Positions 1 through 9,348 of a stretch of DNA of 47,425 bases are shown one piece after another (within the stretch, counting starts at the first letter, position 1; every line of letters starts with the position of its first letter). Both the position numbers and the translations under genes were made by a program. This DNA comes from an uncultured Thermoanaerobaculia bacterium (GTDB lineage Bacteria > Acidobacteriota > Thermoanaerobaculia > Gp7-AA8): the NCBI GenBank assembly GCA_964552405.1, contig CAZKID010000002.1, forward strand, positions 1-47,425, written 5' to 3'. The notes under the pieces are model-generated. The model ran no database searches. It saw only the letters and a list, made by a program, of their open reading frames with translations, and was not told the DNA's origin.

Positions 1-90
1 GGCTGGAGCCTGAAGGGAATCCTCTTCGCGGGACTGGCCGCGGCCCTGCCGACCCCGCTGGACATCGTCATCCCCTTGAAGCGGCTGGAC

Positions 91-648
91 CTAGTCCATC
101 CCCGGGGCCGGGACCAGGCCACCCAGATCCCCCCCCCCGGCCCCCTTCCGGGCATCGCCCTTCGCCTCCCCCGGCGCCCCGCTAAGGGGCTTCGTGGCTT
201 TAACGTTGGCACCTTCTACCACGCCAATGGCAAGACGATCAACGAGCTCACCACCAAGCCAGCCTGTGACCAGTGCGCCACACACGGCGATGGCCGACAG
301 CGCGATGGCAGTCATCGATGGCAGACTCGGATCTCCGTGACGCAGTAGCCAGCTGCCGATGAACAACGCCACGACACCAACGTTCCCGAGACCGTGAGCA
401 GTCCCGACGCGCTTCGCGCGCGTGCCACCAGGGATCGCCAGCCAGTCGATCAAACCAAAGACCGCTGCAACCAGACCGCCGATCACTCCGGCGAAGATCA
501 TCCAATACGAAACGACGCCGAGGTTGCCGTTCTTCGTGATCAGCCAACCGATGTCGAAGAACAATGACGTGGCGAGCAATCCCAGCGGAAAGACGATGAG
601 CATCTGATGAATCGGATGCCCCATTAATTTCGCTCCTTCTTTGAACAT
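91..648 (-). CDS. DUF2231-like integral membrane protein
   Basis: ORF 91..777(-). Start moved to the internal ATG (646-648), which has GGGAGG about 8 nt upstream and opens the hydrophobic core 'MFKEGAKLMGHPIHQMLIVFPLGLL'. Several TM segments, Gly-rich C-terminal tail. Confidence 0.65.
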   Translation of the reverse strand: MFKEGAKLMGHPIHQMLIVFPLGLLATSLFFDIGWLITKNGNLGVVSYWMIFAGVIGGLVAAVFGLIDWLAIPGGTRAKRVGTAHGLGNVGVVALFIGSWLLRHGDPSLPSMTAIALSAIAVCGALVTGWLGGELVDRLAIGVVEGANVKATKPLSGAPGEAKGDARKGAGGGDLGGLVPAPGMD

Positions 649-716
649 GAAGACACCTCCCAACAGGAGATGAAAAAGCAAGAGGAGTACCGACGCGCGA
701 GGGCGCCTGTCGGACA

Positions 717-1706
717 CTACCGTTTTCGGCCGAGCAGGGCCGCGCCAAGCAGAATCGCAGCAGCCGCGGCAATCCAACCGCGATGCTTGTTGAGCTCGAA
801 CTGGGCACTCGACGTGATCGCTCGATCGTCGAATGCGCCGTGTGCTCCCGCGTCGCCCGGCAGCGGATGCCAGAGGTTGTCCGGCCGGCCGGACTCTTCA
901 GGCTCATCGAGCATCTGCGCGTCATACCCGTTCCGCGCAAGGTAGCGGTCGCCGGCGCCCGGAAAGAAACTGTTGCCGATGATCGCCTTCGAGGCGGGCC
1001 AGCCAACATTGACCTCGCGCCGATTGCTGTACGCGGCCCAACGAATCGCCTCCGCCGCAACCTCCGGTTGGAAGATCGGCGGCACGGGCTGCGCTTTGCG
1101 CGGCAATCGGCTCCGCACCCAGCGAAACTGCGGCGTATTCAGCGCGGGCATCTGCACCATCACGACGCGGACGTGACTGCCGTCGTGAATGAGCTCGCTG
1201 CGCAGCGAGTCGTGAAATCCCTGCACAGCGTGCTTGGCAGCGCAGTAGGCGGATTGCAGCGGAATGCCACGATACGCGAGTGCCGAACCAACCTGCACGA
1301 TCGCGCCCCGGTCACGTGGCTTCATTCGTCGCAGTGCTGCGAGCGTGCCCCACACATAGCCGAGATACGTGACGTCCGTGACGCGCCGGTACTCCTCCGG
1401 CTGCATCTCCATAATGGGAGAGAAGACGGAGAGCATCGCGTTGTTCACCCAGATATCGATCGGTCCGAGCTCGCGCTCGACCGTCGCTGCTGCCTCCTCC
1501 ACCGCGTCGTGATCCGCCACATCGAGCGGCAACACGAGCGCCTCTCCGCCGAGCGCCTCGATTTCGCGGCGCGCGCCTTCGAGTCCATCGCGCCCGCGTG
1601 CAATCAGCGCAACCCGCGCGCCGCGGCGTGCCCATGCGCGCGCCGTCGCGCGGCCGACGCCTGCTGACGCTCCGGTAACGACCACAACTTCACGCTGGCT
1701 CGTCAT
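717..1706 (-). CDS. SDR-family (short-chain dehydrogenase/reductase) oxidoreductase with C-terminal hydrophobic tail
   Basis: ORF 717..1898(-). Start set at 'MTSQREVVVVTGASAGVGRA' (ATG 1704-1706). It has the TGxxxGxG Rossmann motif, NNAM, and catalytic YxxxK ('YCAAKHAV'). Confidence 0.85.
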   Translation of the reverse strand: MTSQREVVVVTGASAGVGRATARAWARRGARVALIARGRDGLEGARREIEALGGEALVLPLDVADHDAVEEAAATVERELGPIDIWVNNAMLSVFSPIMEMQPEEYRRVTDVTYLGYVWGTLAALRRMKPRDRGAIVQVGSALAYRGIPLQSAYCAAKHAVQGFHDSLRSELIHDGSHVRVVMVQMPALNTPQFRWVRSRLPRKAQPVPPIFQPEVAAEAIRWAAYSNRREVNVGWPASKAIIGNSFFPGAGDRYLARNGYDAQMLDEPEESGRPDNLWHPLPGDAGAHGAFDDRAITSSAQFELNKHRGWIAAAAAILLGAALLGRKR

Positions 1707-1727
1707 CTGCTTCGCTGATGACAAGCA

Positions 1728-2204
1728 ATGAATCTGCCGAACTGTCTTCTTTGGGGTTTCGCTGCGACGATCGTGCTCACGACTCTCACCATCGTTGCGC
1801 AGTCCCTCGGTCTGACACGCATCGACATCCCGTTCATCATCGGCACGATGTTCACGGCGAATCGCGATCGAGCCAAAGTCATCGGCGTCGTCGTCCACAT
1901 CCTCAACGGTTGGCTATTCGCGTTTGTCTATGCGCTCTTCTTCCAGGGTCTGCGCAATGCGTCGACTGCAATGGGTGCGGCGTTCGGTGTCGTGCAAGGG
2001 ATCTTCGTCGTCTCGGTTTTGCTTCCACTACTCCCCGGTATTCATCCCCGCATGGCGTCCGAGGCGCGCGGCCCGGAGGCGGCGAGGCTGCTCGAGCCGC
2101 CAGGATTTCTCGCCGCGAACTACGGACGAAGCACCCCACTGGTCATGATCGTCGTGCACGCCGTGTATGGCGCCGTCCTCGGATTCTTCTATGTATTGCG
2201 CTGA
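1728..2204 (+). CDS. small multi-pass membrane protein, function unknown
   Basis: 158-aa ORF with 4 hydrophobic helices ('LLWGFAATIVLTTLTIVAQ', 'VIGVVVHILNGWLFAFVYALFF'). No family signature that I can name. Confidence 0.55.
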   Translation: MNLPNCLLWGFAATIVLTTLTIVAQSLGLTRIDIPFIIGTMFTANRDRAKVIGVVVHILNGWLFAFVYALFFQGLRNASTAMGAAFGVVQGIFVVSVLLPLLPGIHPRMASEARGPEAARLLEPPGFLAANYGRSTPLVMIVVHAVYGAVLGFFYVLR

Positions 2205-4015
2205 CTGCGCGCTTCCATCGTGCTCTCGATACAGATCGCTGCATTCAGCAGCGCGATGTGCGTGAGTGCCTGCGGCATGTTCCCCAGCAACGCGCCGCTC
2301 TCCGGATCGATCTCCTCCGACAGCAGACCGACATCGTTCGCGCGAGCAACCGTTTTCTCGAACACGGCGCGTGCCTCGTTCTCATTTCCGGAAAGCGCGA
2401 GTGCTTCGGCTAACCAGAAGCTGCACGGCAGGAACGCTCCTTCGCCCGATGGCAGACCATCGTTCGTCGTCCGTGTGTCGTATCGATAGATGAGATCGTC
2501 CTTGCCGAGTTCCCGTCGAATCGCGTCGATCGTCGAGATCATCCTGGGATCGCCGGGCTCCACCATTCCGACACGCGCGATGTAGAGCAGGCTCGCATCG
2601 AGCTCGGCCCCGTCGAGCACAGCAACGAAGCTACGCCGCGACTCATTGAATCCACGCGACAACACTTCTCGTCGAATCTGCTCTTTCTCGGCATGCCACC
2701 GCGCCGGATCCTCGTCGAGGTGTCCCTTCTCGACGAGCCTCTCGATGCAGTCGAGCGCCGCCCACGCCATCACCTTCGCGTGGACATGATGCTCACGGCC
2801 CGAGCGTTTTTCCCAAATGCCCATGTCGGGCTCGCGCCAGCGCTTCATCACCTGCTCCGCCAGACGCCTCGCCATGACACGCGCATCGCGCGTGAGCGTC
2901 TTGCCGCGATCGGCGTACTCTTCGATCGCGCCAAGGACCTCGCCGTAGATGTCGAGCTGGAACTGATCCTGGGCGGCATTGCCCGCGCGCACCGGAGACG
3001 ACCGTTCGTATCCCTCGAGGTGCGCAAGCTGCCGCTCGCGCACGCGCGGTTCACCCATCACGTCGTAGAGCACCTGCAAATGCGGATGCGTCAGACGCGT
3101 CGAGTACATCAACCAATTCACGAACGCATCACCTTCGACGCGAAAGCCGCAGTCGTACAACGCGCTCGCCGTGAACGATGCGTCGCGCAGCCAGCAGAAG
3201 CGATAGTCCCAGTTCCGCACTCCTCCGATTTCCTCGGGCAGCGACGTTGTCGGCGCTGCCACGATTCCTCCGGACGGCGCGTACGCCAGCAACTTCAGCA
3301 CGAGCACGCTGCGCATCACGACATCGCGATATTCGCCGCGATACGCGAGCTGCGAGGACCAGTCGCGCCAAAACTGCAGCGAGCGCTCGATTTCGTTCGT
3401 CGCATCGTCTCCAAGCAGTGGACGAACAGCGGCCGAGCGATCATCGAATGCCAGCGCGAAGTCGCGGCGCTCGCCGCGGCGCAACGTGAACGTGCACGAC
3501 GCTACGTCGTCATGCAGCTCGAACGCGGCATCGCTATGCAGATGAAACACGCTCGCTCGCATTGAGCAATAGATCGCACCGCCTCGAACTTCGAGCGACA
3601 CGCGATCGCGCGCGTAGTTCGGCCGCGGACCATAGCGCACCTCGATTGCGATCTCTCCCTCGAGTACTTCGATCCGTCGGAGCAACTGCCGGAACGGCGT
3701 CAGCGTCGTCTGCTTTTCCGCCTCTCGGCTGACCGGCATCAGATCGGTGAGCCGCGCGACACCGCTTTCTGTCGCGAACGTCGTCTCGAGCACATTCGTG
3801 TCGCCCGCATAACGACGCGTGACGCGAGACGGCGCCACAGGACGAATCGAAAACGATCCGCCTTTCCGCGCGTCGAGGATTGCTGCAAAAAGTGACGGGC
3901 TGTCGAACCTTGGCCAGCAGAGCCAGTCAATCGAGCCGTCACGCGCGATCAGCGCGCACGATCGCGTGTCTCCGATGACCGCGTAGTCTTCGATCGGCTT
4001 GTACGCTTCCGCCAT
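2189..4015 (-). CDS. glycoside hydrolase family 15 (glucoamylase/trehalase-like)
   Basis: ORF 2189..4081(-). Start set at 'MAEAYKPIEDYAVIGDTRSCALIARDGSIDWLCWPRFDSPSLFAAILD', the typical GH15 N-terminus. The C-terminal (alpha/alpha)6 region contains 'NWDYRFCWLRDASF'. Confidence 0.85.
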   Translation of the reverse strand: MAEAYKPIEDYAVIGDTRSCALIARDGSIDWLCWPRFDSPSLFAAILDARKGGSFSIRPVAPSRVTRRYAGDTNVLETTFATESGVARLTDLMPVSREAEKQTTLTPFRQLLRRIEVLEGEIAIEVRYGPRPNYARDRVSLEVRGGAIYCSMRASVFHLHSDAAFELHDDVASCTFTLRRGERRDFALAFDDRSAAVRPLLGDDATNEIERSLQFWRDWSSQLAYRGEYRDVVMRSVLVLKLLAYAPSGGIVAAPTTSLPEEIGGVRNWDYRFCWLRDASFTASALYDCGFRVEGDAFVNWLMYSTRLTHPHLQVLYDVMGEPRVRERQLAHLEGYERSSPVRAGNAAQDQFQLDIYGEVLGAIEEYADRGKTLTRDARVMARRLAEQVMKRWREPDMGIWEKRSGREHHVHAKVMAWAALDCIERLVEKGHLDEDPARWHAEKEQIRREVLSRGFNESRRSFVAVLDGAELDASLLYIARVGMVEPGDPRMISTIDAIRRELGKDDLIYRYDTRTTNDGLPSGEGAFLPCSFWLAEALALSGNENEARAVFEKTVARANDVGLLSEEIDPESGALLGNMPQALTHIALLNAAICIESTMEARSQRNT

Positions 4016-7000
4016 CTTCGCAACAGTGCGATGCCTGCACCGAAGAGCGCCACACCGGCGATGATCGCGCCTGCCTTCCACAGCATCCGCGTCACGCCGG
4101 CCTCCGAGTCCGACTCGATGTAGCCGCGCTCCGGCAGGTCGCCGGCCGGACCTTCCGGTCCCTCACGCTCAGCCATTTGCAGGACTTGTGCGAGGTGGAG
4201 CGCTTTGCGGCCGGTGCTCTGCTCAATCTGTTCGCGACAGCTGAAGCCGTCGGCGATGATCAGCGTGTTGCGCGATGCCTCGCGCACGGCCGGCAACAGC
4301 ACGCGCTCGCCGATGCGCATCGAGATCTCGTAGTTGTCGCGATCGAAGCCAAACGCGCCGGCCATGCCACAGCAGCCCGAGTCGAGTTGCCGGAACTCGA
4401 GCCCCATCTTCTTCAGCAGCTCCTCCTCGGGCTCGAACTTCATGATCGCCTTGTGATGGCAATGTCCCTGGATCACCGCGTTGCGATGAAGCTGCGGCAG
4501 CTCGATCTGCTCGCGCTGGAGAAACTCACTCAGCGTGAAAAAGCGCTTCGCGAGCGCGGCGTGCTCGGGAAAAAGATTCGGCAGCTCGTCGCGAAAGACC
4601 GAGATGCAGCTCGGCTCGAGTCCGACGATCGGATCGTCGCTCCCGCTCAGCGCATCGATCGACTCGCGAAGAACCTTCTTCGCTTCGTGCAACATGCCCC
4701 AGTCGTAGAGCGGCCGCCCGCAGCAGACCTGCTTCTGCGGAATCGTGACTTCGTATCCTCGCGCGCGAAGGAAATCGACCGCAGCGATTGCCGTCTCCGG
4801 CGCGAAGTGGTTGTTGAAGGTGTCCGGCCAGAGGATCACGCGCTTCCCATGCGACGGCGGCATTTCCGCGAAGCGCTGCCGGAACGTCTTGCGTGCAAAG
4901 CGCGGCATCGTGCGCTGCGGCGCGATCTTGCCGAGCGTTTTCAGCATGGGCAGCGACAGGATGAAGTTCGCCAGCCGCGGCGCGAGCGACGCGAGCCGCG
5001 CCCAGATGTGAATCAATCCCATCGAGTACGCCGCCATCGGCCGCATCCGCCCTTCGTAATAATGCGAAAGGAACTCGGCCTTGTACGTCGCCATGTCGAC
5101 GTTGACAGGACAGTCGCCTTTGCAGCCCTTGCACGAGAGGCAGAGGTCGAGCGCCTCCTTCACTTCTTCGTTGTGCCACGACGCCGGCAGTTCCTCGCCC
5201 TGGAACATTTCGAAGAGCAGATGCGCGCGGCCGCGTGTCGAGTGCTCTTCTTCTCGCGTCGCCATGAAGCTCGGACACATCGTGCCGCCATCCATCCGGC
5301 GGCACGCTCCGACACCAACACAGCGCAGCATGGCCGTCGCGATGCTTCCGTCATCGTCGGGGAACTTGAAGTGCGTCTTCGGCGACCACGGTTTGTACCC
5401 GGCGCCGAGGCGGAGATTCTCCGTCGGCTCGTAGGGATTGACGACCTTGCCCGGATTCATCTTCCAGTCGGGATCCCACAGCGATTTGAACTCGCGGAAT
5501 GCGCCGACGAGACGCTCGCCATACATCTTCGGCAACAGGACCGCGCGCGATTGCCCGTCGCCATGCTCGCCCGACAGCGAACCGTTGTACTTCACGCAGA
5601 GATCTGCGGCCTCATCGATATACGCGCGATATTTCCTGATCCCCTCTTCGCTCATCAGGTCGAAGTTGTTACGCGTGTGAACACAGGCCTGACCGAAGTG
5701 GCCATAGAGGTCGCCGATGTATCCGTAGCGGTTCATCAGCTCGCGCAATTCGCGAAGGTACTTGCCGAGGAATTTGGGATCGACCGCAGAGTCCTCCCAC
5801 CCTTCCCACGTGCGTGGGCGCCCGGGAACGAATGCTGTTGCACCGAGCCCCGACTCGCGAATCTCCCAGACATGTCGTTGCTGCTTCCTGTCGTCATACT
5901 TGCGGTGCGACTGGCCGTGCAGCGCGTCGATCATCTTCTGCGCGTTCGCGCCCGATTCTTCCTTCGACTCGCCTCCAAACTCGACGAGCAGCCAGCCTTT
6001 CCCTTCCGGGAGAAGCTTCAGGTTCTCGGCGCGCATGCCCTTCGCCTTCATGTCGTTCACGAGGCGATCGTCGATCCCTTCGAGTCCGATGGGCTTGAAC
6101 TCGAGCAGGCGCGGCACGTCATCCGCGGCTGCATAGATGTCTTCGTAGCCAACGACGACGAGCGTGCGCACTGGCGGCGAGTAGACGAGCTTGCACTTCG
6201 CGCGCAGGACGATCACGCAGGTGCACTCGCTCCCCACCAGCGCCTTTGCCACGTCGAATCCATCCTCGGGCAGCAGCGAATCGAGGTTGTAGCCCGAGAC
6301 GCGCCGCGGGATCTTCGGATATTTCTCGCGGATGTCGTCGGCGTACCAGTCACGAATCCGTTTGAGTCCCGCGTAGATCTCCCCCCGCCGTCCACCCTCT
6401 CTAACGATTCGTTGCAGCTCCTCCTCGGACGTCGCACCGACACGCATCCGGATACCGTCGTAGGTCAGGATCTCGAGCTCTTCGATGTTGTCGACGGTCT
6501 TGCCGGCCATGAGGGCATGCACGCCGCAGGAGTTGTTGCCGATCATTCCGCCGATCGTGCAGCGCGTGTGCGTCGCGGGATCGGGACCGAAGGTCAGCGT
6601 ATGTTTCTCAGCCGCATCGCGAAGATCGTCGAGGATGATGCCCGGCTGCACCCACGCATACTTCTCCTCGAGGTTCAGCTCGAGGATCGAGTTCATGTAC
6701 TTCGAGAAGTCGAGCACGATCGCGACGTTGCAGCATTGACCGGCGAGCGATGTGCCGCCGCCTCGCGCCAGGATCGGCGCGCCGAACTCGCGGGCGAGCG
6801 CAACGGTCGCGACGACATCGTCTTCGTCGCGCGGCGCCACGACGCCGATCGGAACCTGCCGGTAGTTCGACGCGTCCGTCGCGTAGAGCGCCCGCGATCC
6901 GTTGTCGAAGCGTACCTCGCCGCGGACGACCTTCCGCAGCCGTTCCGCCAACTCCTCGGCATCCAGCTCCAGCGAGTGAACGCGGTCGCGATAGACGAAT

Positions 7001-7101
7001 GGCGAGTGGACAGGCCGTTCGTCGTGCGGAAACTCGACCGAGGGAAAACGATTGCGTTCGTTCTTCTGCATCAGTGGCCCGCGAAAAGTATCACTTGACA
7101 T
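3949..7101 (-). CDS. FAD-binding (FAD-linked oxidase) plus Fe-S / CCG-domain oxidoreductase, YdiJ-like, with C-terminal TM anchor
   Basis: 1050-aa ORF. N-terminal FAD_binding_4 region ('ILARGGGTSLAGQ'). 4Fe-4S Cys motifs ('CVGVGACRR', 'CLSCKGCKGDCP'). Two CCG-like Cys-rich domains ('CCGRPL', 'CCGMAGAFG'). The start could be ATG 7101 or ATG 7071, neither with a clear SD. Confidence 0.85.
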   Translation of the reverse strand: MSSDTFRGPLMQKNERNRFPSVEFPHDERPVHSPFVYRDRVHSLELDAEELAERLRKVVRGEVRFDNGSRALYATDASNYRQVPIGVVAPRDEDDVVATVALAREFGAPILARGGGTSLAGQCCNVAIVLDFSKYMNSILELNLEEKYAWVQPGIILDDLRDAAEKHTLTFGPDPATHTRCTIGGMIGNNSCGVHALMAGKTVDNIEELEILTYDGIRMRVGATSEEELQRIVREGGRRGEIYAGLKRIRDWYADDIREKYPKIPRRVSGYNLDSLLPEDGFDVAKALVGSECTCVIVLRAKCKLVYSPPVRTLVVVGYEDIYAAADDVPRLLEFKPIGLEGIDDRLVNDMKAKGMRAENLKLLPEGKGWLLVEFGGESKEESGANAQKMIDALHGQSHRKYDDRKQQRHVWEIRESGLGATAFVPGRPRTWEGWEDSAVDPKFLGKYLRELRELMNRYGYIGDLYGHFGQACVHTRNNFDLMSEEGIRKYRAYIDEAADLCVKYNGSLSGEHGDGQSRAVLLPKMYGERLVGAFREFKSLWDPDWKMNPGKVVNPYEPTENLRLGAGYKPWSPKTHFKFPDDDGSIATAMLRCVGVGACRRMDGGTMCPSFMATREEEHSTRGRAHLLFEMFQGEELPASWHNEEVKEALDLCLSCKGCKGDCPVNVDMATYKAEFLSHYYEGRMRPMAAYSMGLIHIWARLASLAPRLANFILSLPMLKTLGKIAPQRTMPRFARKTFRQRFAEMPPSHGKRVILWPDTFNNHFAPETAIAAVDFLRARGYEVTIPQKQVCCGRPLYDWGMLHEAKKVLRESIDALSGSDDPIVGLEPSCISVFRDELPNLFPEHAALAKRFFTLSEFLQREQIELPQLHRNAVIQGHCHHKAIMKFEPEEELLKKMGLEFRQLDSGCCGMAGAFGFDRDNYEISMRIGERVLLPAVREASRNTLIIADGFSCREQIEQSTGRKALHLAQVLQMAEREGPEGPAGDLPERGYIESDSEAGVTRMLWKAGAIIAGVALFGAGIALLRRWRKRTSRSKTTRSSETRDRAR

Positions 7102-7123
7102 TCATTTCGACGATTGGCTAAAT
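7094..7123 (+). promoter_or_regulatory. sigma70-like promoter TTGACA-N17/18-TAAATA for the ArsR-family gene
   Basis: TTGACA at 7094-7099 and CTAAAT/TAAATA at 7117-7123. A GTG at 7132 lies about 8-9 nt downstream of the -10, which implies a leaderless or nearly leaderless mRNA. Confidence 0.45.
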
Positions 7124-7131
7124 ATCGAAGC

Positions 7132-7446
7132 GTGAGTCTGGTGTTCAAAGCGCTCTCCGATCCCACGAGGCGGCGAGTCCTCGAGCTGCTGAAGGCTGGG
7201 CCGCTGAGCGCCGGAGAGCTCGCCGACCACTTCGACGTCTCGAAACCGACGATGTCCGCACATTTCGCCGTTCTCCGTGAGGCGGGTCTGATTGCATCGG
7301 AAAAACAAGGCAAGTCCGTCGTCTATGAGCTGCAAATGTCGGTCCTCGAAGATGCGCTGCTCGGATTTGCAAAGGCCTTCGGATGGAAGCTCCAGGAGAG
7401 CAGGGAGCCGAGGGGGAAGCGCACGAAGGAGGCGCTGAACCGATGA
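7132..7446 (+). CDS. ArsR/SmtB-family (SdpR-like) transcriptional regulator
   Basis: ORF 7114..7446 (the track start is a TTG). 'VSLVFKALSDPTRRRVLELLKAGPLSAGELADHFDVSKPTMSAHFAVLREAGLI' is a canonical ArsR wHTH. Start placed at GTG 7132 because of the promoter geometry and the typical N-terminus. Confidence 0.8.
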   Translation: MSLVFKALSDPTRRRVLELLKAGPLSAGELADHFDVSKPTMSAHFAVLREAGLIASEKQGKSVVYELQMSVLEDALLGFAKAFGWKLQESREPRGKRTKEALNR

Positions 7447-8009
7447 ACACGCAGAAGCCTCTTTACGTATTCACAGCATTCGTCGCCGCCGTCATCGCGT
7501 TGATCATCGCCGGCAAATTCGGCGTGGTCGATTCCGCTGCCGTCAAGAGAGGTCTCGGAATCGCGATCGGTGCGCTCGCCATCGGAATCGGCAACTATCT
7601 TCCGAAAATGCGTCCGTTCAAGGCCTCACGTGCAGAGCGGTTCGCCGGATGGGTCTTTCTGCTCGCCGGTATCGCGTTCGTGGGGCTCTTTCTGCTCGCA
7701 CCAATCGAGCTCGCGAGACGCGCGTCGGCGATCGTTGGTGTCACCTCGCTCTTGATCGTCGCGGCAGTAGCGATTCCGCTCGCTCGCGGGGCACGATTGC
7801 GCGGTTCGGAAGTTTCCATCGCGCTGACCCTCTCGTTCATCTATGTGTTCGCTGTGGCATGTGTCGTCTATCTCTTCGGCAGCACACCGTGGGTCGACTG
7901 GATGTTTGCTGGGTACTGGATCGCGTATTCGGTGCTCATTTCAATCGGAAGCTCCAGGAGGAAACATGTTTGCTCTGTTGATGGGCCTCAAGACGATCAC
8001 GCCGCGTGA
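7443..8009 (+). CDS. multi-pass membrane protein co-transcribed with the ArsR regulator (SdpI-like arrangement)
   Basis: Start at 'MNTQKPLYVF', ATG 7443, which forms an ATGA overlap with the arsR-like stop. About 5-6 TM helices. Confidence 0.65.
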   Translation: MNTQKPLYVFTAFVAAVIALIIAGKFGVVDSAAVKRGLGIAIGALAIGIGNYLPKMRPFKASRAERFAGWVFLLAGIAFVGLFLLAPIELARRASAIVGVTSLLIVAAVAIPLARGARLRGSEVSIALTLSFIYVFAVACVVYLFGSTPWVDWMFAGYWIAYSVLISIGSSRRKHVCSVDGPQDDHAA

Positions 8010-8307
8010 GCTGGATCGGGTAGCAAAGGATCGGCACGTTGCGATCTTCGACGTCAATTCGCGGCAGAGTTGGATGTCTGCCCACGTTCCCGGCGCCAGG
8101 CATGCAGAGTCCGCTACCTACGGCGTGGACGAACTGCCGGAGGACAAGGAATCACTGCTCGTCTTCTACTGCTCGAATCCGCTCTGTCGCAAGGCCCCCA
8201 ACGCCGCGAAGCGCGCGAAGGCATTCGGCTATCAAGATGTGAGGGTGATGTCTGCGGGGATCAGCGGTTGGATGAGTGCGGGATTACCGACGGAATCCGG
8301 ACGCTGA
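7966..8307 (+). CDS. single-domain rhodanese-like sulfurtransferase
   Basis: Start at 'MFALLMGLKTITPRELD' (ATG 7966, AGGAGGAAAC upstream). Active-site-like 'FYCSNPLCRKAP' and a C-terminal 'GISGWMSAGLP'. Confidence 0.75.
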   Translation: MFALLMGLKTITPRELDRVAKDRHVAIFDVNSRQSWMSAHVPGARHAESATYGVDELPEDKESLLVFYCSNPLCRKAPNAAKRAKAFGYQDVRVMSAGISGWMSAGLPTESGR

Positions 8308-9348
8308 GCGCTCCGCATCTTTCACTTTCAATTCCACACCGATTCCCGGACGCGAGAGATCCGGACGCAGCACTCCGTCCTTCGCCTCGAGGAACCCCTC
8401 GAACAGCCTCGACTCGATGCGCACGTGATCAAAGAAATACTCGAGATGCCGCAGCGGCAGCAGCGCGCATCCGAGGTGTGCGTGAAGCGATGGTGCGCAG
8501 TGCGACGAGAGCGGAATCGATCGCGATTCGCAGAGCGCTGACGCTTTGATGAAGCCTGTGATGCCGGTGCAGCGCGTTGCATCGGCCTGCAACACATCCA
8601 CCGCGTCCGCCGCGATCATCGTGTCGAAGTACTGCAGCTCGTAACCGTACTCGCCCGCAGCGATCTCGATCGGCGTGCGCTCGCGAATGAAGCGCAATCC
8701 GTCGAGATCGTCTGATGACACCGGCTCTTCGAACCACGTCACCCCATCTTCCGCGAAGACTTCGGCCTGCCAGAGCGCACGTTTGCGTGAATAGGCACCA
8801 TTGGCGTCGACGAAGAGCTCCGCGCCGGGACCGATCGCTTCGCGCACGGCACTCACGCGCTCGCGATCTGCGCGCCAGTCGCGGCCAACTTTCATTTTCA
8901 CGCGACTCCAACCCGTGAACGCGTTCCGCAGCTCTTCGATCGTCATCGACGTGAAGCCGCCGCTGTTGTAGAGCGGCACCGTCTCTCGCACTGCGCCGAG
9001 CAGCGTCACCAGCGGCACACCGAGCAATTTGCACTTCAAATCCCACAGCGCTGCGTCGACGGCGGAGATCGCCATCGCGGCGACTCCGCGCCGTCCGAGA
9101 TTGCGAACCTTCGCGATCATCACGCTCCACGCCGATTCCGGCGACATCGGATCGATCATCAGATCGCTGAAATGGTTCCGGATGAACTCCGCGGTAGCGG
9201 TGTCCGCGTAGGTGTAACCAAAGCCTGTTCGCTCACCGCGCGTGATGTGTACCGTCACGAGCGTGGTCGAATCCCACTCCGCGGTGCCGTCCGACTCCGG
9301 CGCAACGGTCGGAATCGTGTAGGCGCCGGCGCGGAACGAATCACTCAC
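8284..9348 (-). CDS. enolase-superfamily enzyme (mandelate racemase / muconate lactonizing enzyme family)
   Basis: ORF 8284..9675(-). Start placed at GTG 9346-9348 ('VSDSFRAGAYTIP'), which overlaps the upstream TGA as GTGA. Motifs 'VKMKVG', 'FVDANGAY', 'WFEEP' and 'AAGEYGY' fit the metal-binding D/E/D pattern. Confidence 0.85.
   Translation of the reverse strand: MSDSFRAGAYTIPTVAPESDGTAEWDSTTLVTVHITRGERTGFGYTYADTATAEFIRNHFSDLMIDPMSPESAWSVMIAKVRNLGRRGVAAMAISAVDAALWDLKCKLLGVPLVTLLGAVRETVPLYNSGGFTSMTIEELRNAFTGWSRVKMKVGRDWRADRERVSAVREAIGPGAELFVDANGAYSRKRALWQAEVFAEDGVTWFEEPVSSDDLDGLRFIRERTPIEIAAGEYGYELQYFDTMIAADAVDVLQADATRCTGITGFIKASALCESRSIPLSSHCAPSLHAHLGCALLPLRHLEYFFDHVRIESRLFEGFLEAKDGVLRPDLSRPGIGVELKVKDAERSASGFRR

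Noticed and set aside
1-348. Frame +1 is open from the window edge to 348 (the track lists 76..348).
   Set aside because: The translation is Pro/Arg/Gly-rich without motifs and overlaps the DUF2231 gene on the other strand. I cannot support a partial gene at the 5' edge.
3949-4015. 67-nt same-strand overlap between the 3' end of the FAD/Fe-S oxidoreductase gene and the 5' end of the GH15 gene.
   Set aside because: It could hint at a frameshift or a wrong start. However, the GH15 N-terminus 'MAEAYKPIEDYAVIGD' is family-typical, and the oxidoreductase tail is a plausible TM anchor plus basic tail. I treat this as a genuine overlap and not a finding.
4177-7098. 973-aa ORF on the plus strand. 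Other long ORFs of the same kind are 9369..10559(+), 11515..12543(+), 14199..15152(+), 22708..23775(+), 28798..29808(-), 29868..30896(-), 34558..35694(+), 35516..36451(-) and 38638..39633(-).
   Set aside because: All lie antisense to, or out of frame with, genes that carry strong family signatures. Their translations are Arg/Ala/Pro-rich low-complexity strings with no motifs. These are typical shadow ORFs of a high-GC genome.
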